The translations under genes were made by a program, and so were the position numbers. This document shows positions 13,778 through 27,746 of a stretch of 64,000 nt of DNA, one piece after another (position 1 is the first letter of the stretch; every line of letters begins with the position of its first letter). Below the pieces are notes generated by a model that saw nothing but the letters and a program-made list of their open reading frames with translations, was not told where the DNA came from and did no database searches. This stretch comes from Azolla caroliniana (lineage: Eukaryota; Plantae; Polypodiophyta): positions 248,001-312,000 of the forward strand of contig JBHGNT010000020.1 in assembly GCA_043228905.1 (NCBI GenBank), given 5' to 3'.

Positions 13778-13970
13778 ATTCGACCAAAACCAATCCTTCC
13801 ATGAATTTCTATCACAATCAAAGTTGCAATCTCAATTGCAACATTCATCAGTAAAGTTCTTGAACATTGAGAATGGCTACTCATTTTCAATTTTGTTGTG
13901 TGAAATGTAATATTTTGATCGAACAAGTCATATTTGACCTCTGAAGATGATAATACAATCTATGTATCTG
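13778..13970 (+). mobile_element. LINE 3'-end fragment (family 1)
   Basis: Aligns with the reverse complement of 25720-25920 (attgcaacattcat..gtaaagttcttgaacat..tgaaatgtaatattt..aatctat). Confidence 0.65.
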
Positions 13971-16900
13971 TTTGTAAACCAAATGTCGATACCCATGAGG
14001 CACCCAATTAGACTTGTACCCATAAGTGCTACCGAACAATATCATGAAGTGACATAATGTTAGGGCATACGAACAAAGAATAATCCTCACATATCTGATA
14101 AGTTTTTCAAAATAGGCTAAAATGTCATCATTGAAGTTGGTGGAATTGAATAATACAGTCAACCAGTTGATTTAGAGTATTGAAAGCAATGATCAATTGG
14201 AAGGAAAAGGGTAGGGTTAAACTATGGGTAACTTGGAAGGCTAAAATGATCAACTATGCAATGATCACTTTGAAATAACTAGAGAAAAGAACAGATTGTG
14301 AACTCGACTTGCATAGACTAGTCAGATGCAAGCGATTGTAGGTCATTGAAGGCATGTAAACATTGATTATTTTTTGATGGCCAAGATATTGGAGATGGGG
14401 GTTAGAACAACATCCATGATTTTATTTAGTTGGCATTGTGACGATGCCAAGTTCAATGGAATGAAGATTCAATCAAGTGTGCATAAGTTTATGTGCAATG
14501 CATATCTATAAACAAACAAATCTAGTGATGGTTGGTAAAAACTGATGCCAATTCAAGCATCCTAAAATATTGTTTTACAAGTTTCAATAAGTTAAACTAT
14601 TCGAAACCATTGCATTATCTATTGACTATAAGTGCACACTCTCCACTCTAAAACTTGCTAATTGCAATAACAATTTTTAAATTGTGAACCAGATTACTGA
14701 TCTCTTATGTTGAAATTAATTAATCCAAGGCTCTCAAAACCCTTTAAACTATGTTTGATATAAACAAGAGAGCTCTTGATGTGATAAGTATGTCTTATTT
14801 GGATTAGCCTATAAGAGGTGAGCGGACAAGTGAGGAATTTATACTAAACATGTAAATAGTGTTTTCAAGACGGTTCTTTTTAATAAGCGAGACGGTCAAA
14901 ACTAAAACGAAAATAATTAGTTTTAATGCAATGGTTCTAACAATATTTACATAAATTTCTAAATAAGAAATGCAACTTGCTTTATCCTAATATCCTCAAA
15001 ATAATGGAGTACCTCTCGAAGAGGCAATGCGAAAACCCAGGATCGAGATGAAATGACGTAAGAAATCTGTAAAGGTAATACTTTTGTCTTTGTGCTTGAG
15101 ATAATTGAATGCATGAATTATGATATAGGTTTGCATGTTCATACTTTCAATTTTGTAAGGACATGTTATCATACATTCTAGAAGGGACTCTATAAATACA
15201 TAAATTTGTCGCCACTCTTTTCTTTGTCCATATCTACGTAGAGTCGTAAAACATCTATGGGAAAGGTGAAAATTGTACTTAACTTGTCATGTTTTGAGGA
15301 AAAGCTCAAAAAAGATCATTGAATGGAAATGCTATTAGGAACCTAATGGAAACTCAACTTTAGAAAACCCTTGGATTAAAATCAACATTTTATGCCAAGA
15401 AGTTTAGGCATACAAAGCAAGAGTGAGTCTTGGAGTCCACTGCTTGTTTAGAAAATTGATGACTTTGGTTGTAAGCCTTCATTCAAACATTTCAACCTCA
15501 TCACCCTTGGCTAGTCGTTGAAACCCACGTGTATGACTAACCCATGTCTTTGCCAGAGACCTAATATTTTTTAACATCCTTAATGACTCAAGTTATTGCA
15601 TTAAAAGTTTCTCAAAATAAGATAAACATGTAGTCAATGGACTAATGAAGATGTTATGGTAATTTTTTTACTCGCTTTACATATTATTTTGCAGTTCTGT
15701 AAGTAGCAAGCAATCATAATATTATCAACACTACCAATCACCAAAGAGAAACACAAAATTGTCATATCTAACGGTTGTAGCAATTGGGACACATTTATCA
15801 TAATACAAAGAGACCATTCAATACATTCATAGAACTCACACACATGCCACATAAGTCATGCTAAAATTTAATGGGGGATAGGCTTAAAATTCAACATCCA
15901 CGTTATGAAACTGAACTGCTACGAGGAAAGGTTCACCTTCTCAAAAGCATTTGTCGATAACACCATTGATTGGCAAAAGCACGTGATAGTAACAGATATC
16001 GATACCACTATAGTTTTCTCATGTGAATAGTATTTTAATTTTCAGATATAGTAGAAGGTACCATTGAACTTTGAGTTCAAATGTCAATTTACTTATCCAT
16101 AGAAAAGACATATGCATTGATACATAAGGTGCTTCAGAAACAATACAGCTATTGAATGCAAATATGCTCTTCTATCCTAACACTGTTCAAAATATCACTC
16201 GCAATTGATTATAAATGTTTGATTCACTGTAAGGCGTTTTGTAAACGTTTTAAACACTTAAAAAGATAAATCTTCCAAAACTTGACAATAAGGGAGATTT
16301 AAATAGAGACAATGAATGAATTGTGTTATGCAATATGCAAAATGGTCAGCATGCTCTTTTCTTCATTTCGATACCTTCAATTTACAATAGTAGTAAATAT
16401 CATAAATGGTGGTTTATATGGATAATTGTATGAAAATGGAGAAATATAAGAGACTGTGAACGCTATATAAACAATTGCTTATAAATGGAAGAGAATGTTT
16501 TTTGTGAAACTCCACAATTTAAATAGCATAGACTTGAAGGTGTACTAGTAAATCTTGTGATGCTTTGCAACATTAAATTTATGGGTTCACACCTGGAGCA
16601 ATGAGTTTCCAAGGCGGTTATCATTATTTTAGTTTGAGGTCATGCATAGTACCAAGTTGGTCCTAAATACTTCACAAATGTGGGATCGACATTTTCTCAA
16701 CAAACACTGGTCGAGAGTGATGCATTGTCTTTCAAACATAGTGCCAACAAAGCAATATATGTACGATAAATGTCGAATCCACACATTGATAAGAATAATA
16801 AAGTTATCCCAACTATGAAACTAATAGTTCCCCCACATTAAGATAGTCATAGCAAGAATTCTCAAAACTCTATTTCAAAAATGTCTATCATACGCTCCTA

Positions 16901-19554
16901 CTCCAATGCCCTAAGTCAAGAATTCATCCATCTTGATCTATGTGTGTAGACCAAAGGGCACAATCAACGCCTATAAGACTTTGTAAATATAACATTTCGT
17001 TTTAAAAGAGTAACCTTAAGTGAAACAAGTCACTAACTACCGACATGCTTCTCGATAAAAATTAAATTTGTATGGGTTAGAGGGTTATGTATGGAATCAA
17101 TATTTGGTTGGCTTTGATGAATTTACGTAATGAGCCTATTTTTCAAGTGTCAACCACCATGAAAGAAGAAGTCGAAGCAGGCTATTAACATGAGCAAAGG
17201 CATTGTAATAAAGTTGTTAGAAAAGTATGGTCAACGAATTTCACTAGATGAGTTCATCACGTACAGTAAATGTAATAATCAATACGTTGGTAGAAGACCA
17301 CAGATCGAAGAGATGATAATAATTTTGGGACTCCATACATTCATGTCACTCACACATGTTGTTTGTCTAATAAAACATTCATGTCGCATAAGTTAAAATG
17401 TGGTTGTAAATGGATGCTTCAAATTCAATGCTTTTGATGTGAATGAATAACTTCCACATTCTCTTTTGTGTGTGGTTGGATGAAGTAATTACCATAATTC
17501 AATATTTTACCGTATCAAATGCATACATCCCTAATAACATTAATAGTCGAAATCACGTGATATGCATCAAAACATTTACACTTTTCTAGTACAGTTTTGG
17601 ATAGAGTTGTTCAAGAGCTTGAACTCTGAACATGTACACACCCGCATTTAGAAATATAGGCCCATTTTGAATAGCTCCATGGAGTCTACCTAGCTATACT
17701 TTGAACTCAAATGCATAGGTACCATGAACCTAAGGCAAATGCTAGGATGGGAAAATGCCTTTCTACCCATTTTGCTTATTACAATTTGTTTTGTGGGTTA
17801 TGTCACTCACTACTTTTGGGTTCTCAACGTCAATGAATGGTTAATATAGATTGTGAAACACAATATTCTTATTGTTTCAATATATTTGAGCACTAACAAG
17901 AAGTTAAATTGATAGTAGGTCTATATATGGAAGAAAGTCATGTATTAAGAAAGCAAGAGATGTGCACGATAAAGACATAATAAACACAGCCTATGTTTTA
18001 CACAAGTAATAACATTATAACTTTTGACTCCTCGGTTGACCTACCCCTAGTTCTTGTTGCATAAATATCAATGACATGGAGAACGACACACATGTATGCA
18101 ATACGTTGAAGCACATATAGATAGAGACAAGCACATGTATATGTGTATATGATTGGAGTGCAAACAGTTCCTCCCAATTAACGGTTCTTATAGTGCCTTA
18201 CATCACATATAGAATATGTATATATATATATATGCATTATACGCAAATGATTTGAGGTGGTTTTCACAACCCACAAGCACAAGACGATGCATCCAATTTG
18301 CAATAGTGTAACGACATATACACATACTATTACGACAATAACATGTATAATTGATGATTAGGATGGCTTGCTTGACGTTGGGAAGCTTGGGTGTGAGCAC
18401 ACAATAGTGCAGCCAATCGTGACGTACACATACAATAAACACGTATATTTGGTAGCCATCCACTAAACAATATACATAATCATTACTATCAACTTACACA
18501 AACTTTTTTGTAGGTTCACAACAATACCCAAGATTTGAGTAAGAAATACATATACATATGCCAAACATTTCTAACAAACCATTTTCAATACCATTTATAG
18601 TTTAACAACACCTTCAAAGAATTGGAAGAAGACATACATATACATGCATAACATTAGATGCAAACAATTTGCAATACTATCATACAAAAATCAAGAATCC
18701 TAATTAGAGTTACAAGCATACACATGAACATCACTTACCGATACAACGCAAAAGATACGTTGATAGAACATATCGATATCCTTACTACATAAACAAACAA
18801 TTTATAGAGTATATTTAAAACAATGTTGATTCTTTGACTTTTTATCCTAAGCTCTTCGGTGCAGTGAAATGACATTATGATGAAGTTTAACTAGTGCATT
18901 TGGGTTTCCTTGTGTAGATCTAACTAGTGCGCAATTATCTCTATAATTTGGCGATGGTATGGGCTCATTTGCTTTTATCCTAGTATTCACGGTCTCTTTT
19001 GTCATTGCCATTCCTCTACTCACTCTATGGTGACTCTTTAGCTTGTTTGCGGAGGTAAGATCTATTGAAAAAATAAGTGATTTTAAGGGTTGATTCCCTA
19101 TGCTTTTGAAGCTTGGATGGTAGAACAAGCTAGGAAAGAATTGGGAATAACAAGATCCAGGTGGTGGAAAAATGTGGTACAGATAGGATGGCAATCTCAT
19201 ATTCCTTTTCAATATTTAAGGTATTGGGGATTATGGCATACGTGGAATGCCTTTCCTTTTTATGCTCAATATGGATATCAAAGACACATTCAATGATTAA
19301 AAGGCATACTAGTATGGTAGTTCTCCTTGTTGGAGACTTTAGGGTGGTTGCCATAGGAGGAATTAGGGACTTGTAAGTTGGCATCACATTTGTTCATCAT
19401 TTGCATTGGCATTTATCAAATGAGATTATATACGCCCATCACGATGTATCTAGAGATGAGGGAATCATTGGAACCCAACTTGATTTTGTGGTGATATCAT
19501 ATTCCACCAATTGTAATTTGACTTTCATAATAGTTAATACATTTCTATTTATAA

Positions 19555-19942
19555 GGCAAAAGATTGAATTATTGTCCTTGAAGTTCAAACGTGTCCTATG
19601 GGACCAAAAATGAAATATTTTGACATAATGTGTGGAATTGAGTAGTGACCCTCAATATTGAATTTTAATAGTAATGTTTCTATTAAGAATGCACATTGAA
19701 AGTGGGAGAGGAATTTGTGAATGGATCAAATTGGCAATATGTGGAAACCAAACTCAAATGTTGTTAAACACAACAATTTGCGTCAAACTTTGATGCTTTC
19801 ACTCTCAAACTTGATCAAGGCGAAATATGAAGAGTCAATGAGTCTTCTTTCCTATGACCCAACACCCCACCTCACATTGAAGAGAATGTGAACTTGTAAA
19901 GAATCGGATATGATTCTGTGCAGTGGAAGAGGTATGTGAGTT
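19555..19942 (-). mobile_element. Degenerate LINE 3' fragment (family 1), interrupted by the copia; continues at 25015-~25200
   Basis: Similar to 25740-25950 and 32300-32520. The flanks rejoin as atgt-gagct-aa, matching intact 26068-26078; 25015+ aligns with 32580+. Confidence 0.55.
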
Positions 19943-19976
19943 TACGTGTGTGTGTGTGTGTGTGTGCGTGTGTATA

Positions 19977-20023
<47 letters not shown>

Positions 20024-20279
20024 GTATATAGAAAAAATGTATATAGAAAAAATGTATTAACAAGAATAAGATAACCAACGCTACACAGAGAAGGAGAGGG
20101 GTGCTCATATAGTCACCTTCGCACTATATTCTCTTTTTACAATCACCACTTACTAAACGGAGGTGGGGACTTAACTATACTAAATATGTGTCATACTATG
20201 TTAGGATGTGGGGTGTTTACATACTTGAATATGCTAAGGTGTGTTCCCACACTAGGTAAATTGAGTTTGATTCTCAACA
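19943..20279 (-). repeat. 3' LTR of the copia
   Basis: Direct repeat of 24667-25014; contains (GT)n and (AG)n; right end ...tctcaaca. Confidence 0.85.
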
Positions 20280-20399
20280 CACCCCTTCAAACACAACTTT
20301 TGGTCACCGAAAAGTTGGTTCGGACTGGTCTTCGGGTTTGCTTTGAGTCGGCTCCGGCTTCCTGGCTCACTCCTACTAGTCCGTTCGACATCGTGTCAG

Positions 20400-23300
20400 A
20401 CGACCCCTTATCCATACTCCCCTTCAAGCTCGGTCGGTCGATGATCGAGAGATCGAGGTTCATCATGAACTGTCGTAGCTTGTCGGCTCCCAGGGCCTTT
20501 GTGAAGATGTTGGCCGCTTGCAGATTCGTGCTAATGTGTTGCAGGTTGATATCGTTGGCCAGGACACGTTCTCCGATGAAGTGATAATGCACCTCAATGT
20601 GCTTAGTTCGAACGTGGAAAACTGGGTTGCGGACTAGGTGGATGTTGCTCATGTTGTCACAATATAGGAGAATCAGATCCTTGATGGGAACACCCAGATC
20701 CTTCAGTATTCTTTTGAGCCAAACGGCTTTACATCCGGCGACAACCATGCCCCTGTATTTGGCTTTTGTGCTTGACGGTGCGACTGTGGTTGCTTCTTAC
20801 TATTCCACGATATGGCTCCGTTGTTGAGGGAGAAGAAGAATCCCCATGTTGATCATCTGTTAGCTTTGTAGCCGGCACAATCGGCATCGGTGTACCCTTC
20901 GAGTCGAATTGGTGTGGCCGATCTGTAGAGGATGCCGAAATCCATCGTCCCACTCACATAGCATAATACTCGCTTAGCATAGTCCAGATGAATGATGTGC
21001 GGTGTCTGCATAAACTGGCTAAGGAGGCCGACTGGATAGCTGAGTAATGGTGAGATAGATAAGGCTTTCGACTAGTTGACGATAGAAAGTCGGCTCACAC
21101 TCTTCTGTGCCGGAATCAACATCTAGCTATAGATTTCGATTGAAAGGGGCAACAACGGGCTTACACTTTGACATCCCAAACTTGTAAAGAAGATTTCAGA
21201 GGATATAGTGACGTTGAGAGATCATGATGCTGTCGGGAGTTTGAATTACTTCTATACCTAGAAAGTAACGGAGCTCCTTCAAATCTATCATTTCGAATCG
21301 GCCGGAGAGTAGCTTCTTGGTATGTTCGATATCCCCGATGTGCTCTCCTCCAATGACCAAGTCATTCACATAAATTATGATGAATAACTGTCCTCTGGAG
21401 TCGTTCCGAATGAACACAAAATTGTCGGACTTGGACACTTTGAAGCCGATTTGGTGAAGATATCGGGTTATCTTCGAATGCCATGCTCTTGGTGCTTGCT
21501 TGAGACCGTAGAGAGGCTTTTTGAGTCGGTAGACAACAGTTAGATGCATACTTGACTTGAATCCAGGTGGTTGTACCATGTACACCTCCTCCTTTAATTC
21601 ACCTTGAAGAAAAGCGTTCTTTACATCCATTTGGTCGAGGTGCCACCCTTTTGCTGCTGCAAGTGCGATCATGGTTCTGATGGTTGTCATCTTTGCCATT
21701 GGGGCAAAGGTCTCTTCGTAATCGACCCCGTGAATCTGTGGATATCCTTTTGCCCCAAGTTGGGGCTTATACCAATTGAGGGTGTTGTCGGCATTGTGCT
21801 TCACCTTGTATATCCACTCGCACCCGATTGCCTTTTGGTGGGGTGAAAAGGGGATGAGATCCCATGTCTCGTTTTTGGAGAGGGCTTGCATCTCCTCATT
21901 CATCACTTCGACCCATCGCAGGTCCTTCGCGGCTTCGGAAAATGTTTCTAGCTCTCGGATTGCCGCCACCTTCATCACGAATGCATAGTGATATGCCATG
22001 TAGTCATTGTAGCCGAATCAGCTGCCATGTGGTTGTTCACTTGTCTTCGTGAACGCGTTCTGGGCTCCAGGTGACCTCATGATAGGCACATCCAATCCAC
22101 CATACTCACTATCGAGTGAGTGATCCGATTCATTTTCTTTTGAGTTTTTGTACTCAGGCATTTTGGTCTTTCCTTTGTCCTTCTTCGAACTCGACCGCGA
22201 TGTGCTTTGGTCGTTGGGAGGCTCCTATGGTCCACTCAACCTTGTTGAGATTGGACTTTCCTCAGTTGTAAGCCTTTGTCGATCATCCTCCTACGAGTCG
22301 ATTATATAGAAATTGGTTTCCATTAGGTTGAATGGAGTTGAGTTGACTATGTACCAGGATGCCGATTAGTCGAATACGACATCCCTACTCACTCGTACCT
22401 TCTTGGTAGAGGGGTTGAAGCACTTATACCCCTTTTGTTCGAGCGAGTATCCCATGAGGATACATTTCTCCGACTTAGGATCGAGCTTTTACCATTTCTC
22501 GTCGGGAATATGTACGAAGGAGATAGAACCAAATATCGTGACGTGGGATAAGTTCGGCTTCTTTCCATAGAACTTCTCGTGGGGGGTGACATTGTGCACT
22601 CTAGATGTTATCCACCGATTCATTAAATAGACGGTCATGTTCGCCGCTTTAGCCTAGTATGATTTCAGTAGCTGTTCTCATTCATCATTGCCCTTGCCAC
22701 CTCGAGTATATGCCCGTTCTTTCGTTCGGCTACTTCGTTCTGGTGAGTGTGTCGGTAGGTAAACTCCTGCCGAATTCCTTCTTGTTGAAGGTATGTTGTG
22801 AAGGCATCGGAGAAATATTCCTTGCCACCGTCCGATCGAAGGCATGAGACATGCCAACTGGTTTCCTTTTTGACATTGTTTTTAAATTTTTGGAAGTGAC
22901 AGAACATTTTGCTTTTTTACCGCATAGGGTAGATCCAGGTGTGTTTGGAGAAGTTGTCGATGAACGTCACATAGTATTGACAACCACCGAATGTTGTTGT
23001 TTGGGCTAGTCTCCATACATCTGGATGTACTACATCCAGGATCCCTTTGCTCACGTTCCTCTCTTTCGGGAATGGTTGATGATGTTGTTTGCCAAACTGG
23101 CAGGCTTCGCATACGCCCGTAATCCCTGTCTCGGTAAAGGTTGGGAGTCCTATGATGACTCCTTTCAACTATATTCCCTCGAGCTTTTGGAGATTGAAGT
23201 GGCCGATTTGTTTGTCCCACAACTCTATGTTAGTGTCGACTTTATGGCCCTTGGCATACATTGCCGATTTCATTTCGTGAGAATCGAAGATGAACATTCA

Positions 23301-24616
23301 GCCTTCTCTTCGACCGCAAGCGATAATTCGGCCTTCCTTTTTGACGAAGCACTTGCTATCATTGAAGCGAACTTGCATGTCATGTTCCACAATCTAGCTG
23401 ACCGAGACCAGACTCTTCGTTATTGTTGGAACATGCAAAACGTTCTTAATGTAGATCCTGTTGCCCTCTTCGCCAAATGGGACATTATCGACATGTTGAA
23501 TGGGGTGAATTGTATCATCCCCAGTTTCCACATAGCTGGGGCGTTCGGGTTTTTGCAATTCTCAGAACCAATCTTCATGAGACGTCTTGTGATTGGATGC
23601 ACCCAAATCAACAAACCATACATTTTCTAAGTTGGAGATGCTTGTCGGGCATAATGTTGTCATTGAATTCACTCTATATCACATCATGAACATTCCGCCA
23701 TGATCATCGTAGTCAGAGTTTGAGGCGTAGTTGGTGAGTTGTCAGCTTGTGGAGGCCGACTCACTCTTCTTTTTGCAACATTTTGCCTCGTGGTGACCGA
23801 ATTTGCCACAGTATCCGCATTGAACGGAGTTTTTTTGTCTACTAGGTTCGACGTGATTACTCCCCCTTTTGCCAGACACTCCGCCTCGCACATTTGAAAC
23901 GTCTTGACGGTAGTAGTAGTTGTGTTCTCGGGGTTGTTCTTGGTTGTGTCGGCCTTGACTGAATTGGCCTCTTCTTCCATGATTTTTTCCTCTTCCTCCA
24001 TCGAAATTCGAATCGAGCATGTGGCCTTCTTGCACATTGCTTCTTGTCTGAACATGATTTTCTTCGACCAATAGCATTGATTGGAGATTGAAGGAGGGAG
24101 GATTCTCCCTCGCGAGGACTACCGACTATATGGTGCCAAACCGAAGTGTTAGGCCTCCGAGGCATATCTGGACCATTTCATCATCGTCAATGTTAACATT
24201 GATTGACCCGAGGGAGTCACATAATTCCTTGATCTTCAAGGTGTAGCTGCCAATTGACATGTCCCTCTGTTGTATGTTGTTCAACTCTTTACGGAGTTGA
24301 AGCTTTCTTGCGGTCGTGTTGGCCGCAAATAACTTTTTGAGATTCCCCCACACCTCCTTCGACGTTTTGGCCTCTCGGATGTAGTCGAACATGTGATCAT
24401 GAACGCATGATGGAAGACAATACAACACACGGCTTGTAGCCTACTCCCATGCCGGGTAGTCAGCGTGTGTTGGGTTGGGTTGTGTTTCTTGTGCTCCCTC
24501 GATATAACCCCAATTGGCTTGGACGACAAGGCATTGGTGCTTCTTGTACTCCCAATATGCAAAGTTATTCTTGTTGAGTTTCTCGGTGGGAAGAGCACTT
24601 CCATCTGAGTGTTCAT
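20400..24616 (-). pseudogene. Copia gag-pol pseudogene
   Basis: gag (KLQLRKELNNIQQRDMSI; zinc knuckle CGYCGKFGHHEAKC), integrase (CEACQFGKQH, TFIDNFSK, LRSDGGKEY), RT (QMDVKNAFLQG..LYGLKQAPRAW..IYVNDL), RNase H (TKHIEVHYHF); many frameshifts and stops. Confidence 0.92.
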
Positions 24617-24666
24617 GTTAACATGACTTGTTTGAAGCGAGTTTTTCTTCTTTTTCTTCTCTGTGA

Positions 24667-24682
24667 TGCAAGTGTGTATAAC

Positions 24683-24735
<53 letters not shown>

Positions 24736-25014
24736 TATACCAAAAACACCGAAAAACTGTGTTAACAAGAATAAGACAACCAACACTACAAGGAGAGGGA
24801 GAGGGGTGCTTATATAGTCACCTTCTCACTATATTCTCTTTTTACAATTACCAAGTACTAAAAGGAGGTGGAGACTTAACTATACTAAATATGTGTCATA
24901 GAACTTTACGGTTCTATGATACACTGGTTACTATGTTAGGAGGTGGGGTGTTCACACACTTGAATATGCTAAGGTGTGTTCCCACACTAGGGAAATTGAG
25001 TTTGATTCTCAATA
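24667..25014 (-). repeat. 5' LTR of the copia
   Basis: Direct repeat of the 3' LTR with substitutions and a ~30-bp indel near 24901. Confidence 0.85.
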
Positions 25015-25224
25015 GAGCTAAATTGTATCAAAGCAATGATGCGGATGGTGGATGAAGGGACATGTATCAATGAGTGTCCCTTCCCCATTTGGCAAAGAAA
25101 TATCCTTAGCCATTGCCTTCGCAAAAAAACTTCAATCATAAAGGAATATATTTTCACACAGTTTACATTCAACTTACATCCTTGCAAATGACTAGGTTCT
25201 TAAGCCCCATCCTTAGTAGTAAAA

Positions 25225-25690
25225 TTCAAATCCATGTTTGAAAGGGAATTAGGACACATAATCTTTCCTATGTTTGATTGCTCATATATTGGAAAGAAAA
25301 CTAGGACACATAATCTTTCCTATTTTGATTGCTTATAGAAGTTTCTTTTGTTTGAAACAGAACTAGGACACATAATCTTTCCTATATTTCATTGTTCCTA
25401 TAAGTTGAAATCCATGTTTTCCTATGTTTGATTGCTCATATAAGTTTCTTATGTTGGAAAGAAAACTAGGACACATAATCTTTTCTATTTTGATTGCTTA
25501 TATAAGTTTCTTTTGTTTGAAAGAGAACTAGGACACATAATCTTTCCTATATTTGATTGTTCCAATAAGTTGAAATCCATGTTTGAAAGAGAGCTAGTAA
25601 ACATCATCTTTCCTATATTTGATGCCCATATGAGTTTCTTATGTTTGAAAGAGAACTATGTTTGATTGCTCATATAAGTTTCTTATGATG
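25225..25690. repeat. Minisatellite, ~7-8 units of ~53-62 bp
   Basis: actaggacacataatctttcctat.tttgattgct.atataagtttct recurring near 25251, 25304, 25366, 25469, 25531, 25598. Confidence 0.85.
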
Positions 25691-26285
25691 GATATGGGAG
25701 GCCATAGACAAGCTACCATGAGATAGATAGATAGATTCTATTATTGTCTTTGGAGACCAAATATGGCCCATGAGACAAAAAATATTACATTTCACGTGAT
25801 ACGTGTGGAAGTGAGTAACGACTCTCGATGTTCAAGAACTTTACCAATGAATGTTGCAATCGAGAGTACACATTGTGGTTGTGAGAGAAATTTGTGCAAG
25901 GATTGGGCTCGGTCGAAGATATGTAGGAAGCATGGTCGAATATGATCAAAGGTATAGCATTGTATCAAAGTGTGATACTCAAACTCTCGAACTTGTCTAG
26001 GGCAAAGTGTGCATAGCCGGCCACTCTCATCACTTGTGCCCCAATGTCCTATCTCACATCACAATGCATGTGAGCTAAGTCTCATGGAAGCAATGGTTCG
26101 AATGGCAGATAACAGGATGAGCTCTAACGTGTATCGATGTGTACGATTTCCTCGTTCCTTGAAGAATATGGTTTTGTAGTTAGGTGCAACATGTATAATA
26201 TAATGTGTGAAGCTTGAGCCTCCACATTTATCCCATGTCATGATACATTGGCATTGCAAAAAGGCCTCATTTACAGAGGAATCTA

Positions 26286-27746
26286 TGTGAGAAATAGAGC
26301 TTGGACACAACAGAGTCTTGAACACTCAATGGAAGAAAACAAAAAATATAAATAAGACAGACACAAGATGCTAACGTGGAAAACCCTAAATGGGAAAAAC
26401 CACGGGAACCCGCAGACTCCAACTATCACTATGAGAGGAAGGGTACAATGAGAGACTTAGAGGCAATGACCTTGAAAGAGTTAATATGCGAAAGCTTTGA
26501 CAAACCGGTTCAACCGGATAGCAACAGAAAGAGTACAGGTTTAATGGAAACCTTACAAGACACAGATAGAGAGTGGGAGAGACAGAGAGAGCATACTAGC
26601 ATAAACTATATTAAAAAATAATACTTTGTACATAGGATGTGCTCAGTGAGCACTCTTTATACAAGTCCACAAGGGACTGACAAAAGTATTATGTACTTCA
26701 ATTCTCATACGAGCGGCTAACACCGACTCTTGGGACCATGACTACCTAGTTGTCTAGAAGCTAGACCTCTAAACGGCCTACCGGTACACATGTGGGTTTG
26801 GCTCTCCGATCCAGCTCCTAGTTCCAGATAGTATCCGGACACCGATCCGGATACGATCTGGCTCTTGCTTATCCAGCGATCCGGATGTGGTTGAGCTTGC
26901 TCGCTCAACACTCCCCCTCAAACTCAACTTGAGGTCGGATTGTAGTGTTAGTGTTTGGGGCATCCAATTCTTTAGTCTGGCTCCTTCTGGCTTCCTCCCG
27001 CCTCGCTCGCGCTCCTCGTCCGGTCCGATTCATCCTTCCACGACCCGTCTGGTTCTACGCTCCTCGACCTCCCGGTGGGCTTGTCTGCTCAACATGCCCA
27101 TCTCAGCTCCTTCGCTGATGCGACTGTGGTGCCGTCTTTGTTGCCCTCTAGTTCACTTGGCCTTCAACAGATTCGACTCTTCCGAATCAAATTATTGAAT
27201 TGAATCAATTGTCTCTGATTCGTTCCAGCTCTTATTGGAGTCTCCACCTCGTCTTCCGTTTTCAGGCCCTTCACAACATTGGACCATGTCAAGGTCTTGG
27301 CTCCCCGATCCCGATCGGCTCCTAGTTCCAGATACTATCCAGACACCGATCCGGATACAATCCGGCTCTGGCTTATCCAACCGATCCGGATCTGGTTGAG
27401 CTTGCTCGCTCAACAGACCTCAAGTTCTATATCTTCGCCAACCTGCAGTCAAAACAGGAAGAAGTTCTGTATCTCTCTCGCTCTCTTTGTCTTTATCTAT
27501 CTCTGTACAACAAGAATGATAATAACAACCTCTACATAAAACACTATTAGCCCTAGTTATATTTATACTCATATAACTTACGGGCTATTTACAAATATGA
27601 CCTCAACGGTCACGTTTGAACATATTTACAAATATGTTCCTACTTGTTGGTTCATACTAGATCTGGCCGGACTCCTTCCGGATCCGTCCGATCCGGTATC
27701 CAAATACCTTCCAGATCCATCTGGTCCGGTTCCTCCCTTCATTCCA
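26286..27746 (-). mobile_element. Copia-type LTR (related to solo LTR 54517-55104), split by an inserted element
   Basis: gtggaaaaccc..ggaaaaaccacgg..tcactatg (26376-26432) and atcttcgcca..tatttatact..gctatttacaaatat..acatatttac (27430-27640) align with 54630-54965. Outer boundaries and TSD uncertain. Confidence 0.7.
26473..27415 (-). mobile_element. Internally deleted LTR element (943 bp)
   Basis: TG...CA ends; perfect TSD GACCT (26468-26472, 27416-27420); 3' LTR 26473-26910; PPT gagggggag 26911-26919; only ~125 bp of the 5' LTR remains (27290-27415). Confidence 0.8.

Larger units (their letters stand above)
19943..25014 (-). mobile_element. Complete but decayed Ty1/copia LTR retrotransposon (~5.07 kb)
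   Basis: LTRs ~19943-20279 and ~24667-25014; PPT ttgaaggggtg next to the 3' LTR; TSD GAGTT/GAGCT (19938-19942, 25015-25019); domain order gag-PR-INT-RT-RH. Confidence 0.92.

Noticed and set aside
25763-25945. Novel small protein family (similar ORFs at 13717-13926 and 19401-19613)
   Set aside because: These are antisense readings of LINE ORF2 C-terminal/3' UTR sequence.
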